The position numbers were made by a program, and so were the translations under genes. From Thermoproteota archaeon (GTDB lineage: Archaea; Korarchaeota; Korarchaeia; Korarchaeales; Korarchaeaceae): a stretch of DNA of 64,000 bases. Below the pieces are notes generated by a model. It had not been told where the DNA came from. It saw only the letters and a list, made by a program, of their open reading frames with translations, and did no database searches. The DNA lies in the NCBI GenBank assembly GCA_027491915.1, contig JAOZGC010000002.1:192001-256000 (forward strand), written 5' to 3'. Every line of letters begins with the position of its first letter. Position 1 is the first letter of the stretch. Positions 29,232 to 38,019 of the stretch are shown here, piece after piece.

Positions 29232-30344
29232 TCACACCTCGACCACCATGAGATCCTCTCCCTTTCTCCCTTCCTTTTCCCCCTCTAAGCCCTCCCCCGG
29301 CAGGGCGAAGGCCCCCACCACGGCCGCCACGCCTGAGAGGAGCAAGATCGCCCTAACGGAGTCCATCCACGTCGGCGGACCGGCGCCTCCTCCCTGAGCC
29401 TGCTCGGGTCCAGCCTCACCCTCAGAGACGTTTATCGTGGTCTCCGCTATAACCTCGCCGTTGCTGAGCGCCTGGACGGTCATAGTCGGAGCCGTTGCCG
29501 GAAACGTCAGGTTCAGGACCTCCCCGGCCTCCAGGTATATCTTCCTGGCCTGTTCCTCCCCCCCACCGGACACCCTCAGGATCACGGAGCCGGCGCCGCC
29601 CCTGTTGACCACCTCCACCACGGCCTCGCTCCCCGATATCCTCCCGGAGAGACTCACCTCCATCCCTGCCCTGGCGGCCACGAAGTTCGGGAGGCCCAGC
29701 AAGAAGACGTACCTGTCGGGGGCTTCTGGCTCGTTGTAGTTCTCCCAGAGGAGATACCTCTCCCCCTCCTGCGTCGGCCCGTGGGCCGACGTCGGTTCCC
29801 AGGTGAAGTTAACCACCTCAACCCCATCTCCGAACTCGAACGATATGACGTCTATCCAGCTCCTCGGATCTATGCTGGTGAAGCTGTCCCTGACCGTCAC
29901 CTCGTATCTCCCTCCCCCCAGGTCCCTGAGGAACTCCGACGTGTTCAGGTACACCCTCAGCCTGAGCACGACGGCCCCGTCAAACTCGTCCATCTCCCCC
30001 CTGTTCAACGCGTCGCAGAGGACGGTCTCGTTCTCCATGAGCGAGAAGTGGGACAGGACGTCGTACCTCACCTTGGTCGGATCGGAGGCGAACATTAGGA
30101 GGACGTCCCTTACCGCGCCCTCCTCCTCCCTCATGAGTCGGGAGACAACCTCCTCATCTTCTATCAGGCTCCTCCCCCGCAAGTCGAAGGGGTGCTCCTT
30201 GACCTTGACCACGGTGGTTCCGTCCGCCGCGAACGCGACGTCGAAATTGAGCGCTATCCAAAACCTCTCCTGCTGCGCCCGGACGGAGCCGGCCGGGAGC
30301 GCGAGGACGAGCAGGGTGATCGCGATGGGGATTCTCTCGTCCAA
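29232..30344 (-). CDS. Secreted protein with C-terminal membrane anchor, unknown function
   Basis: Signal peptide ending VRA, acidic beta-rich body, C-terminal TM helix. Confidence 0.65.
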   Translation of the reverse strand: MDERIPIAITLLVLALPAGSVRAQQERFWIALNFDVAFAADGTTVVKVKEHPFDLRGRSLIEDEEVVSRLMREEEGAVRDVLLMFASDPTKVRYDVLSHFSLMENETVLCDALNRGEMDEFDGAVVLRLRVYLNTSEFLRDLGGGRYEVTVRDSFTSIDPRSWIDVISFEFGDGVEVVNFTWEPTSAHGPTQEGERYLLWENYNEPEAPDRYVFLLGLPNFVAARAGMEVSLSGRISGSEAVVEVVNRGGAGSVILRVSGGGEEQARKIYLEAGEVLNLTFPATAPTMTVQALSNGEVIAETTINVSEGEAGPEQAQGGGAGPPTWMDSVRAILLLSGVAAVVGAFALPGEGLEGEKEGRKGEDLMVVEV

Positions 30345-30348
30345 GCGA

Positions 30349-31431
30349 CTACCCTCCCTCCCCAGAGGAGAACTCGAACCTCATGTAGATCAGCTCAGAG
30401 TATCCCGGAATGCAGTAGTCGGCTATCGTGGATCCCCTGAACTTTCTCTCCTCCACCGAGTACAGGATGTGCCTCCACGAGTAATCCCCCACCTTGGGCT
30501 GCAGGTACTCCAACATCTCAACGTCGATCCAACCCCACGGGGGGATGTAAACCTGAGGCCATGTGTGCCCCCCCCAGTGGGAGACCACCTCCTGACTCTC
30601 GTTGTCTTCCAGGCTCAAGTTCAACCAGTAGACCTGATGCTCCCTGTTCTCCAGCAGAAATCCGAATACGGTCCTCGCTGGGACTCCGGAGATCCTCATC
30701 ATGGTGACGAACGTGTCGGCCACCTCGTTGCAGTCCCCCTCTATCTGTGGGATTCCGTCTATCTTTTTTATGGCCCGGTCCACCCCCTTCCTGGGGCCAA
30801 CCTCGTAGTTCACCCGCTCCGTTATCCACTCGGCCACCCGCTCCGCTATCCTGACCGGATTGTCCTCACCGTCGACCACGGATCTCGCGAGACGCCTCAC
30901 GGTCTCGTTGTCCACGTCCCAGAACATGGTCTTGCCAGTGTACCTCTCGACCACGTCTGCGGGGGGCCACCTGGCGGCGGCGTAATTGTAGTGGATCTTG
31001 TACGTCTCGACGGTGACCCTGAAGGTGACGTTGAGCCAGATGCTCTCGCCCGGGTCGAAGCGATACTCATAGAGGGCGAATGGATTCCCCTCCTCATCTT
31101 GCTGTATCGAGCTGACGGGGAGGGTAGATTCCACCATCACCGCGTGCTGGTGGGACGAGTTCTGTGGCATTGGGAGGTATATGAAGTCGTTGAGGGAGGA
31201 ATTCAGCTCGTTCCTGAGGAGGAAACTCTCCCTGACGAGGTAGGTCACGTTCTCCTCCTCCACGCTCCCAGGATCCGTCGGCGGTGGGGTCCAGTTGCCG
31301 CCCCCGGGGATCTGGGGCCGATGGGGTGGTCTAGTCTGATTCCCCCCGGGCCGGGGGGTCAGCAGACCGGTAGCGTACCAAGACGATATCAGCAGGATCC
31401 CCAGAAAGAGAACCGCCTTGTTAATCCTCAT
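30349..31431 (-). CDS. Secreted transglutaminase-like (Cys-His-Asp) protein
   Basis: GDCNEVA, SGVPARTVFG, HTWPQVY, GWIDVE. N-terminal hydrophobic segment after ATG 31431. Confidence 0.85.
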   Translation of the reverse strand: MRINKAVLFLGILLISSWYATGLLTPRPGGNQTRPPHRPQIPGGGNWTPPPTDPGSVEEENVTYLVRESFLLRNELNSSLNDFIYLPMPQNSSHQHAVMVESTLPVSSIQQDEEGNPFALYEYRFDPGESIWLNVTFRVTVETYKIHYNYAAARWPPADVVERYTGKTMFWDVDNETVRRLARSVVDGEDNPVRIAERVAEWITERVNYEVGPRKGVDRAIKKIDGIPQIEGDCNEVADTFVTMMRISGVPARTVFGFLLENREHQVYWLNLSLEDNESQEVVSHWGGHTWPQVYIPPWGWIDVEMLEYLQPKVGDYSWRHILYSVEERKFRGSTIADYCIPGYSELIYMRFEFSSGEGG

Positions 31432-31533
31432 GTCGGGCCCCGGCGCCGCCCCCACTGATATACCTTCCCTTCACCCTGGCCGCCTCGGGGCGCGATCGAT
31501 CGAGGAAAAAGAGAGGGGAGGGAGAAGGGGTCC

Positions 31534-33183
31534 TCACGTGGGCGGGATCTCCTGAAACAGGGTCTTCACGTCCACCCCCCTCTTCTGGTTGTAGACCACG
31601 TACCCCACGAACACGGCGGCCCCGATGGAGTAGAACAGAGCTATCCAGAACATGTCCGATATGGTGGCGTTGGCCCCGACGAGCGCGAGGTAGAGCCACA
31701 GGTTGAACAGGACCGTCAGTATCCCCGCTATGGACATCACGGGGACGCCGGCCACCTCGTGCCTCAGGGGGCTCCTCTCGTAGAGGTCTCTCCTCATGAA
31801 CGGGAGCACGACGGCCGCCATCCCGCCGAACACCGAGGGGAACCACCAGAGGTAGGTGGATATGCCGTCCATGGTGTTGATGAATCCGACGGCCCCCGAG
31901 TATCCTATCTTCTCCGCGAGCCACCACCATATAACGCTGATCTCACCTATCGCCGTCGCCAGCATCACCGAGTAGGTGGGAGAGCCGTACTTGTTGACCT
32001 CGGCGAACTTCTCGGGGAAGAACCTGTCGAAGGACCACGCGAAGGGCAGCCTGGTGCTCACCAGGTAGAAGGCGGGGACGTCGTTGAGGAGCCAGAGGGC
32101 CGCCATCAGCGCCACTATCAGCTGGAGCGCGGGCTGCCCGGGCAGGAGTCCCGCCGCGAACAGGGGGAGCATGGGCCTGCCTGAGTAGGGCATTATGGAT
32201 GCCAGGACCTGCTGAGTCTCTTTGGAGTGCATGAACAGGTACGTGTAGGCGCTGACGAACTCGCCGAACGCACCGTATAGCAAGAAGGCCGCGCCCACCA
32301 TGTATACGGCTATCACCACCACCGCCAGGACCCCACCCCAGACGGCGCTCCTCTTGACGTCTTTCACCTCCCCGCCTATGTAGGTCACCATGGCCCAGCT
32401 CCCGACGAACGCGAACATGGGGGACAGGAGAGCGCCGGCAGTCGCGTCCCAGCTGAACGTCGTGTAGGTCGCGGGATCCCAACCGGCCTCTTGGGCTGCC
32501 TGGAGTATCTGCTGCCATGTTCCCGCGCCGAATGTGGCATCCCACAGGGCCTGCGCCCCTCCCTGACCGGCCAGCATGGCACCGAAGAAGACCAGGCTGC
32601 CGACCACGGGTATGGCGAAGAGGACCCATATGAGCCTGCTGTACGCCCTGAGCCCGAATATTGAGACGAGCCCCATGCCCACCGTGAAAACGGTCCCCAG
32701 AATCAGCATCGCGTCAGCGTTGGTGGCCAGCTGATTCCCCAGATCGAGCATCGCCCTATCGCCCAGGGCGGCTCCGCCGATCTGAAGCGAGAGCCCCCAG
32801 TACCAAACGTCCCAGAAGGCTATGGTTCCGACCGCTATGGCGGTGGCTATCCAGTATCCCCAGGATAGGACGAACCCCAGCAGGGGGTTTATCCCCCTGG
32901 TCATGTAGACGTAGTCCCCGCCCGTCCTGGGCATGCTCATTAGCAGATACGTGTACGCCACGGCGGTGATGACGCTCGCTATCCCCACTATGAGGAAGGC
33001 CAGGGGGACGTTGGCCCCGGGGTAGTCGTAGGAAACCTTGACCAGGAGCCAGTTGACCCCTCCCCCTATGGTCCACGACAGGGCCGTGGCCAGGGCTGTC
33101 CAGGGGCCGACGGTCCTGACGAGCCCGGAGGCTCTCCTGACGAACAGGGTCGGAGTCTCCCCACTCACCCGGAACACCTCCAC
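31534..33183 (-). CDS. APC-family amino acid permease
   Basis: FVRRASGLVR, MPRTGGDYVY, GGEVKD, RLPFAWSFDRFFP, about 12-14 TM helices. Start may be GTG 33168 after GGAGGTG. Confidence 0.9.
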   Translation of the reverse strand: MEVFRVSGETPTLFVRRASGLVRTVGPWTALATALSWTIGGGVNWLLVKVSYDYPGANVPLAFLIVGIASVITAVAYTYLLMSMPRTGGDYVYMTRGINPLLGFVLSWGYWIATAIAVGTIAFWDVWYWGLSLQIGGAALGDRAMLDLGNQLATNADAMLILGTVFTVGMGLVSIFGLRAYSRLIWVLFAIPVVGSLVFFGAMLAGQGGAQALWDATFGAGTWQQILQAAQEAGWDPATYTTFSWDATAGALLSPMFAFVGSWAMVTYIGGEVKDVKRSAVWGGVLAVVVIAVYMVGAAFLLYGAFGEFVSAYTYLFMHSKETQQVLASIMPYSGRPMLPLFAAGLLPGQPALQLIVALMAALWLLNDVPAFYLVSTRLPFAWSFDRFFPEKFAEVNKYGSPTYSVMLATAIGEISVIWWWLAEKIGYSGAVGFINTMDGISTYLWWFPSVFGGMAAVVLPFMRRDLYERSPLRHEVAGVPVMSIAGILTVLFNLWLYLALVGANATISDMFWIALFYSIGAAVFVGYVVYNQKRGVDVKTLFQEIPPT

Positions 33184-33350
33184 ACGGTTAGGGAGAAAGG
33201 AAATGAGGGCGCCACCAGAGGACTAGGAAGGTGAGGAGCGGAAACCCACCCCTCATGGAAGGCATCGACCCCAAGAAAGGGCGCCCTGGGGAGATCCCCG
33301 TCCAAAAGTCGCTACCAGGTCGACAGATCTCCCCTCCATCTTGGGGTCAG
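33184..33350 (-). promoter_or_regulatory. Candidate structured 5' leader RNA of the permease
   Basis: Four complementary stems of 8-10 bp between the TATA box (33368-33375) and the start codon; see findings. Confidence 0.45.
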
Positions 33351-33450
33351 GCCCTGGGGCTGACCAACTATATAATGCTTCCGGCCCGGGCCCGCCCAAT
33401 TCCGACAACTTTTTTCCGGTCGAGGCGGAACTCAGCGGAGGTGGACCTGT

Positions 33451-33879
33451 ATGGCTAAGCTGGGCGCGAGGGCCGTGCTGGTTGAGGGGTTCAGGTCCGT
33501 GGTCGATAACCTCAGGGGACACAGCGTCGTACTTGACCTCCCGGACTCGAGCGGCGGCGGGGACACCGGAGCCACCGCCCTGGAGCTGGCTGTCATGGCC
33601 CTGGCCGGCTGCCTGAGCACCGTATTCTCCGTGGCCTGCAGGAACAGGGGCATCCCGATCGAGAGATTCGAAGTCAGAATCTCAGCGGAAAAGCCAGATA
33701 AGGAACAGACCGTCACCTCCTGTCGCGTGTTGGCGGTGGTGTCCAGTCCGGCTTCGAGAGACAGAATAGAGAGGGCGTGGGAGGGGACCCTGAGATCTTG
33801 TCCCGTTGGGGAGCTCTTCTCCAGGGCCGGAGTCGGGCTCGATTTCCACCTGGAGATTGAGGGAGACGGGAACCAGTGA
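33451..33879 (+). CDS. OsmC-family protein
   Basis: GATALELAVMALAGCL...RSCPVG. Confidence 0.88.
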   Translation: MAKLGARAVLVEGFRSVVDNLRGHSVVLDLPDSSGGGDTGATALELAVMALAGCLSTVFSVACRNRGIPIERFEVRISAEKPDKEQTVTSCRVLAVVSSPASRDRIERAWEGTLRSCPVGELFSRAGVGLDFHLEIEGDGNQ

Positions 33880-34075
33880 AGGCCCGGTCGGACCGCCGAC
33901 CGACGCCGGGCGGCCCCCTCCCCCTCCCCCCGGAGGCGTCTTCAAAACGTCGCGGTCCGACCGTCGGGGTGGCGAGGTTGTGAAGGGACTCCCATCTCGA
34001 CCGGCGAGAGATCGCGGCGCCCCGGTTCGAGGGTATATATTTTTCAGTAACGCTCTCCGGATTGGGCAGGTGGAG

Positions 34076-34852
34076 ATGGCGGTCAACCTGCCCGGCGAGT
34101 CCGAGCTTAGGAACCTCCTCCTAAAGCTGGACGAGGATTACCTCCTAGGGAGAATAACCAAGAAGGAGTACGACACCAAGAAGGGAAAGATAGAGGCTGC
34201 CCTGAAGCTCCTCAGACTGGAGGCAGATTTTAGGGAGGGTAAGATCTCCGAGGAGGACTACAATAGTAGGCAGGCCGCCCTGATGGGGCAGATAGGGGAC
34301 CTGTCTGAGATAATCCCCAAGCCGGCTGCCCCTGCGGAAGGGAGGGTCCCCGGTGGACTCCCCTCTCCAGAGGGCGAGATCGAGGCCGCCGAGGCCGCAC
34401 CCACCCCTCTCCCAGCCCCGCCGCGGGAGGCCCCTAGACCCCCCGCCCCTGAGAGGGCGGAGGAGATACCATCAACCCTCGAGGGGCTGGTGAAAGAGCT
34501 GGAGAATCTAGACGCGAAGCGAAAGAAGCTCTCGGACTTGTTCAGATCCGGGGAGATAAGCGACGAGACCTTCGTCAATATGTTCTTGGAGTACAAGAGC
34601 CGCAGGGAGGAGCTGGTCGGCAGGCTGAAGTCCGTCGAGGGGGAGGTGGAGGAGAGGTTGTCGGATCTCCTCTCGGAGCTGGAGGAGATAGAGGGTAGGC
34701 TCGAGCTCCTCAAGGCCAGGGCGGCGCTTGGGGAGATCGACCGCCCTTCGTACGAGAGGGAGAGGGGGCGCATGGAGGACAGGAGGAGGGAGGTAGAGGA
34801 GGAGCTCTCCCTGCTCAGGAAGGCCTTGGACAGGATATCCGGTCGGGGATGA
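34076..34852 (+). CDS. CdvA-like coiled-coil protein with four GxI-x4-Y/F helical repeats
   Basis: ATG 34076 after GGTGGAG and TATATATTTT. Repeats LGRITKKEY, EGKISEEDY, SGEISDETF, LGEIDRPSY, with a Pro/Ala/Glu linker. Confidence 0.6.
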   Translation: MAVNLPGESELRNLLLKLDEDYLLGRITKKEYDTKKGKIEAALKLLRLEADFREGKISEEDYNSRQAALMGQIGDLSEIIPKPAAPAEGRVPGGLPSPEGEIEAAEAAPTPLPAPPREAPRPPAPERAEEIPSTLEGLVKELENLDAKRKKLSDLFRSGEISDETFVNMFLEYKSRREELVGRLKSVEGEVEERLSDLLSELEEIEGRLELLKARAALGEIDRPSYERERGRMEDRRREVEEELSLLRKALDRISGRG

Positions 34853-34866
34853 GCGAATAGGTATCC

Positions 34867-35538
34867 TCAGATCCAAAGAGACAGGATGGCCTTGAGGCCG
34901 GTCAGAAGAATGGCGATCAGCAGGGACCTCCTTCTCTCCCCGCCGGAGGAGGTGAGGGCCGCGTATATCAGGTACCCCTCCCACAGGAGGAAGGTGGAGG
35001 TCATCAGCCTTAGCGCCGCGGGATCAGAGTAGGACCTCCTCACCGAGGCGCCGAATGGCCCGCCGGACAGGTCCACCGTGATCACTACCTTGTCCGGGAG
35101 GGCCAGCCCGTAGTACACCAGCCTCAGCGCCTGCGCTATCGAGTCCGGGAGCGTCGCCGCCCCGGCCACGGCCACCGATCCGGAGAGCGGGAGGCGTCCG
35201 CCGGCGGCCGCCGCCCCCAGCCAGAGCAGGATCCCGCCCACCGCCACGGCCGCGGCCGCGCCCAGCAGGGATTCGGACACCACGAACAGCGGATTTCCCT
35301 GAATCCGTTGGAAAGAAGAGATGGCCTGGGACACCGACGGTTCGGCGCCCACGATCCTGACGACCGTCCTGCTGGCCGGGAGATAGCCAGCCAGACCGGA
35401 GGCCATCCCCAAGATTATCATCGAGTAGAGGGCCAGCGAGGGCCTCGGGTTCTCCCCGAGCGCGGAGAAGGTGTCGGTCGGGTCTCCGAACGGGGAGAAT
35501 AGGAACTCCCTCAGTCCGACCTTCTCTCCCCTGCCCAC
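34867..35538 (-). CDS. Yip1-family membrane protein
   Basis: N-terminal P..TF..L pattern, about 5 TM helices, LWLGA..AGG, LLWEGYLIYAAL. Confidence 0.6.
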   Translation of the reverse strand: MGRGEKVGLREFLFSPFGDPTDTFSALGENPRPSLALYSMIILGMASGLAGYLPASRTVVRIVGAEPSVSQAISSFQRIQGNPLFVVSESLLGAAAAVAVGGILLWLGAAAAGGRLPLSGSVAVAGAATLPDSIAQALRLVYYGLALPDKVVITVDLSGGPFGASVRRSYSDPAALRLMTSTFLLWEGYLIYAALTSSGGERRRSLLIAILLTGLKAILSLWI

Positions 35539-36216
35539 CTAAAGGTTCCCCCCCTCGAGGTTCATCTTGAGGACAACCCTCCTCGGATTATTTGGGACCC
35601 CTTTGAGCGTGCTGAGGTAGGCCAGCGCAAGTGTCCTGAGCTGGGCCTCCATGAAGGGGACGAGCTGCACCCTCCTCTCGTCGACCTCCAGGTCGATCAA
35701 CCTCTGCTCGACGACGCACCTAACTTCCCTCCCCCTGACCGCCTCTCTCAGGAACTCGGCGCACGTCCTGTAACCGCACTCGCCGCAGTTGAGCATGGCC
35801 GGGTACTCCGGGACCCTCTCCATTATGAACCTCCCCACCTCGCCGGGTTCCACTACCGGCGCGGCCCCCCAGCCCGGGGGGGCGGGCCCGACCACTCCGA
35901 CGAGGTATGGGACCTCCCCCAACGAGGAGGGATCCGAGTCCGCCACTATGGTCGGCGCGAAGGCTGGCCCGTCTATCAGGACGACGCGGCACCCCTCCGT
36001 AGACAGTATTAGGTCCGGGAGGCCGCCTTTGAAGGGCCTCACCTCGCACACCTCTCCGTCGCCGAACCACACCTCCCTCCTGACTCCCGACCTCGACTTG
36101 GGAGGAGGCCTCAGCCTGAAGAGGCAAATTTCAACGTCTCTCAGCTCCTCCAGGACGGAGGATATGACCTCCTCACTCCTATCTCCCAGGAGGGCGACCA
36201 CCTTGGGCCTGGGCAT
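35539..36216 (-). CDS. MobB-like protein with C-terminal Fe-S domain; P-loop absent
   Basis: LNCGECGYRTC...C, then VDERRVQLVPFM...TLKGV as in archaeal MobB-FeS. Near Moco genes. Confidence 0.65.
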   Translation of the reverse strand: MPRPKVVALLGDRSEEVISSVLEELRDVEICLFRLRPPPKSRSGVRREVWFGDGEVCEVRPFKGGLPDLILSTEGCRVVLIDGPAFAPTIVADSDPSSLGEVPYLVGVVGPAPPGWGAAPVVEPGEVGRFIMERVPEYPAMLNCGECGYRTCAEFLREAVRGREVRCVVEQRLIDLEVDERRVQLVPFMEAQLRTLALAYLSTLKGVPNNPRRVVLKMNLEGGNL

Positions 36217-36348
36217 CTGGGGGGCGGCCGACCATCATTTAAAAAGCGGCGGGGGGCCGGCGCCCGGCGGCGCGGTGAGGAGGCGAACATCACCCTACCC
36301 GCGAGGGGATGCGGATCCCAGCTCACCCCGAGCGCCGCCGGATCCTGA

Positions 36349-37302
36349 TCACCCGCCGGGCCGGCGCCCGCACTCATCCTCCTCCACGACCCACCGGGCG
36401 GAACTCTCTATCGAGAAGGAGAACTCCCACGTGCACCTGAAACCCCGGTGCCTCGATCCGTCAGGTTTGAAGAACGAGCCGGAGGGATCCATCGGGATGA
36501 GGGTTGCGTGGATCCTCCACGTCCGCGTCACCGAACCGCCGCACTCCCACCTCGTGATCTCCGTGCTTCTCGCCGCGACCTCCAACTCCCACCCGACCTC
36601 CAGCCCCTCGGACTCCGCCTCACCGGCCAGCCTCCTCGCTTCGGACCTAGCAGCCCTCACGGCGCTCGACATGGCCCTCTCAGTTAACCTGAGGGCCCCC
36701 TCCAGGCTGGAGGCCGTGAAGCGCGAGCGATTGACCTCTCCGGCGGCCCCGCGAATGAGCCTCTCTCCCCGTAGCGCCAGGTCCCAGAGCTCGTATATCC
36801 TGATGCCGTAGACCGCGGTCCCCGACTCGTCCAACTCGGCCGACGCCATCCCCCCGGAGTGCTCGAACCTGGCGGAGACGGCCCAGTCTATCTTGACGGC
36901 CCCCCTCCCCGGCCGACCCTCTTCTCCCATGAGGAGCCGGATCTTGGAGGGAGAGACCCCTCCCCGGCCGACCTCGTACGCGGATAACCTCGCCTCCGCC
37001 CGGTTCACCCTCAATAGAATGCCCTTGACCCCGGCGAATCTCGTCATTTCCTTCTCCCACCTTCCAAGGGGAATCGAGCTCGGGGGCAGCCTGCAGGTCT
37101 TCCCGTTCTCCATCAACATCCACCTGTCCAGCCAGCTCCTGACGTAGAATATGAGTCTGGGCACCGTGGTGTTCCTCTCCAGGTACACCTCGGCGGCCTG
37201 CATCGCCGTCGGGGATACCAGCTCGGTAAAGCTTCCCGGGGCCGGGAAGAGGGCCGCGGAGGATAGTATCAGTATGCTGGCCGCGGCAGCAGCCTCCTTC
37301 AA
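36349..37302 (-). CDS. Hypothetical membrane-anchored protein, last gene of the pilin-like cassette
   Basis: TTG start overlapping the upstream TGA, N-terminal hydrophobic helix, Cys pairs. Confidence 0.55.
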   Translation of the reverse strand: MKEAAAAASILILSSAALFPAPGSFTELVSPTAMQAAEVYLERNTTVPRLIFYVRSWLDRWMLMENGKTCRLPPSSIPLGRWEKEMTRFAGVKGILLRVNRAEARLSAYEVGRGGVSPSKIRLLMGEEGRPGRGAVKIDWAVSARFEHSGGMASAELDESGTAVYGIRIYELWDLALRGERLIRGAAGEVNRSRFTASSLEGALRLTERAMSSAVRAARSEARRLAGEAESEGLEVGWELEVAARSTEITRWECGGSVTRTWRIHATLIPMDPSGSFFKPDGSRHRGFRCTWEFSFSIESSARWVVEEDECGRRPGG

Positions 37303-37568
37303 CCCCGCGCCCTCCCCAGGTAGACCTCGCCCCAAGCCGTCGGAATGGCGAGATCCGCCTCGTCCGGCGACCTCGAGAGTCTCATCCCGGGAGGTATCCC
37401 CTGACCAAACACGACTCTGTACCCCCCTCTCCAGATGGCCCTGGAGATCTCGCCCCGAGAGGCCGCCGCCAGGAGGGCCCTCTCCGGGGCGGAGGATCTG
37501 GATCTCACCGCGCCGGCCGCCACCGCCGCGGCGGCCGCCGCCAGCGCGAGCGCCACCACCGCCCTCAA
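37299..37568 (-). CDS. Small pilin-like hypothetical protein
   Basis: N-terminal hydrophobic helix, 4-nt overlaps on both sides. Confidence 0.5.
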   Translation of the reverse strand: MRAVVALALAAAAAAVAAGAVRSRSSAPERALLAAASRGEISRAIWRGGYRVVFGQGIPPGMRLSRSPDEADLAIPTAWGEVYLGRARG

Positions 37569-37693
37569 GGTCCACCCCCCACGAGGGACTCGCTCAGTCC
37601 CGACAGGCTCACCTCGGAGTGGGACGATAGGGCGACCAGCAGCAGGAGCCAGGCCGCCACGAGGAGAAGGGCCTCGATCTCCTCCAAGGTCAT
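37565..37693 (-). CDS. Very small (42 aa) pilin-like peptide
   Basis: MTLEEIEALLLVAAWLLLLVAL; ATGA overlap with the upstream gene. Confidence 0.5.
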   Translation of the reverse strand: MTLEEIEALLLVAAWLLLLVALSSHSEVSLSGLSESLVGGGP

Positions 37694-38019
37694 CCCCCCA
37701 AGATCACCTCTTCTCCGGGTCCGTACCACCCCTCCGGGATCCGGGCCCGACACCAGGTCTGGACCTCGCAGAGGGGACGGCAGTCGATCACCAACGTGTT
37801 CCCGAAGGATCCAAGTCTGCACGGTCCCCTCGGCAGCCTAAACCTCAGAGAGATGGATCCCCTGTCGGCCACCTCGGCCAGCTCGCAGACGTCCACCCCC
37901 ATCTCCGACGCGTATCCGACGCACCTGCGCCCGACTATCACGGCCGCGGCGGCGGCCGAGGAGAAAACCATCCCCGCCATGGCCGCCGCCATCAGGTAGG
38001 CCCTCAACCCCCGAGCCAC
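37690..38019 (-). CDS. Small pilin-like protein
   Basis: MARG|LRAYLMAAAMAGMVF resembles a class III signal peptide; Cys-rich. Confidence 0.5.
   Translation of the reverse strand: MARGLRAYLMAAAMAGMVFSSAAAAAVIVGRRCVGYASEMGVDVCELAEVADRGSISLRFRLPRGPCRLGSFGNTLVIDCRPLCEVQTWCRARIPEGWYGPGEEVILGG

Noticed and set aside
33877-33963. UGA followed by a hairpin as a selenocysteine or readthrough signal (also at 36349)
   Set aside because: Both UGAs fall at plausible C-termini, no canonical archaeal SECIS GAA/A core is seen on the sense strand, and there are no Sec genes in the window
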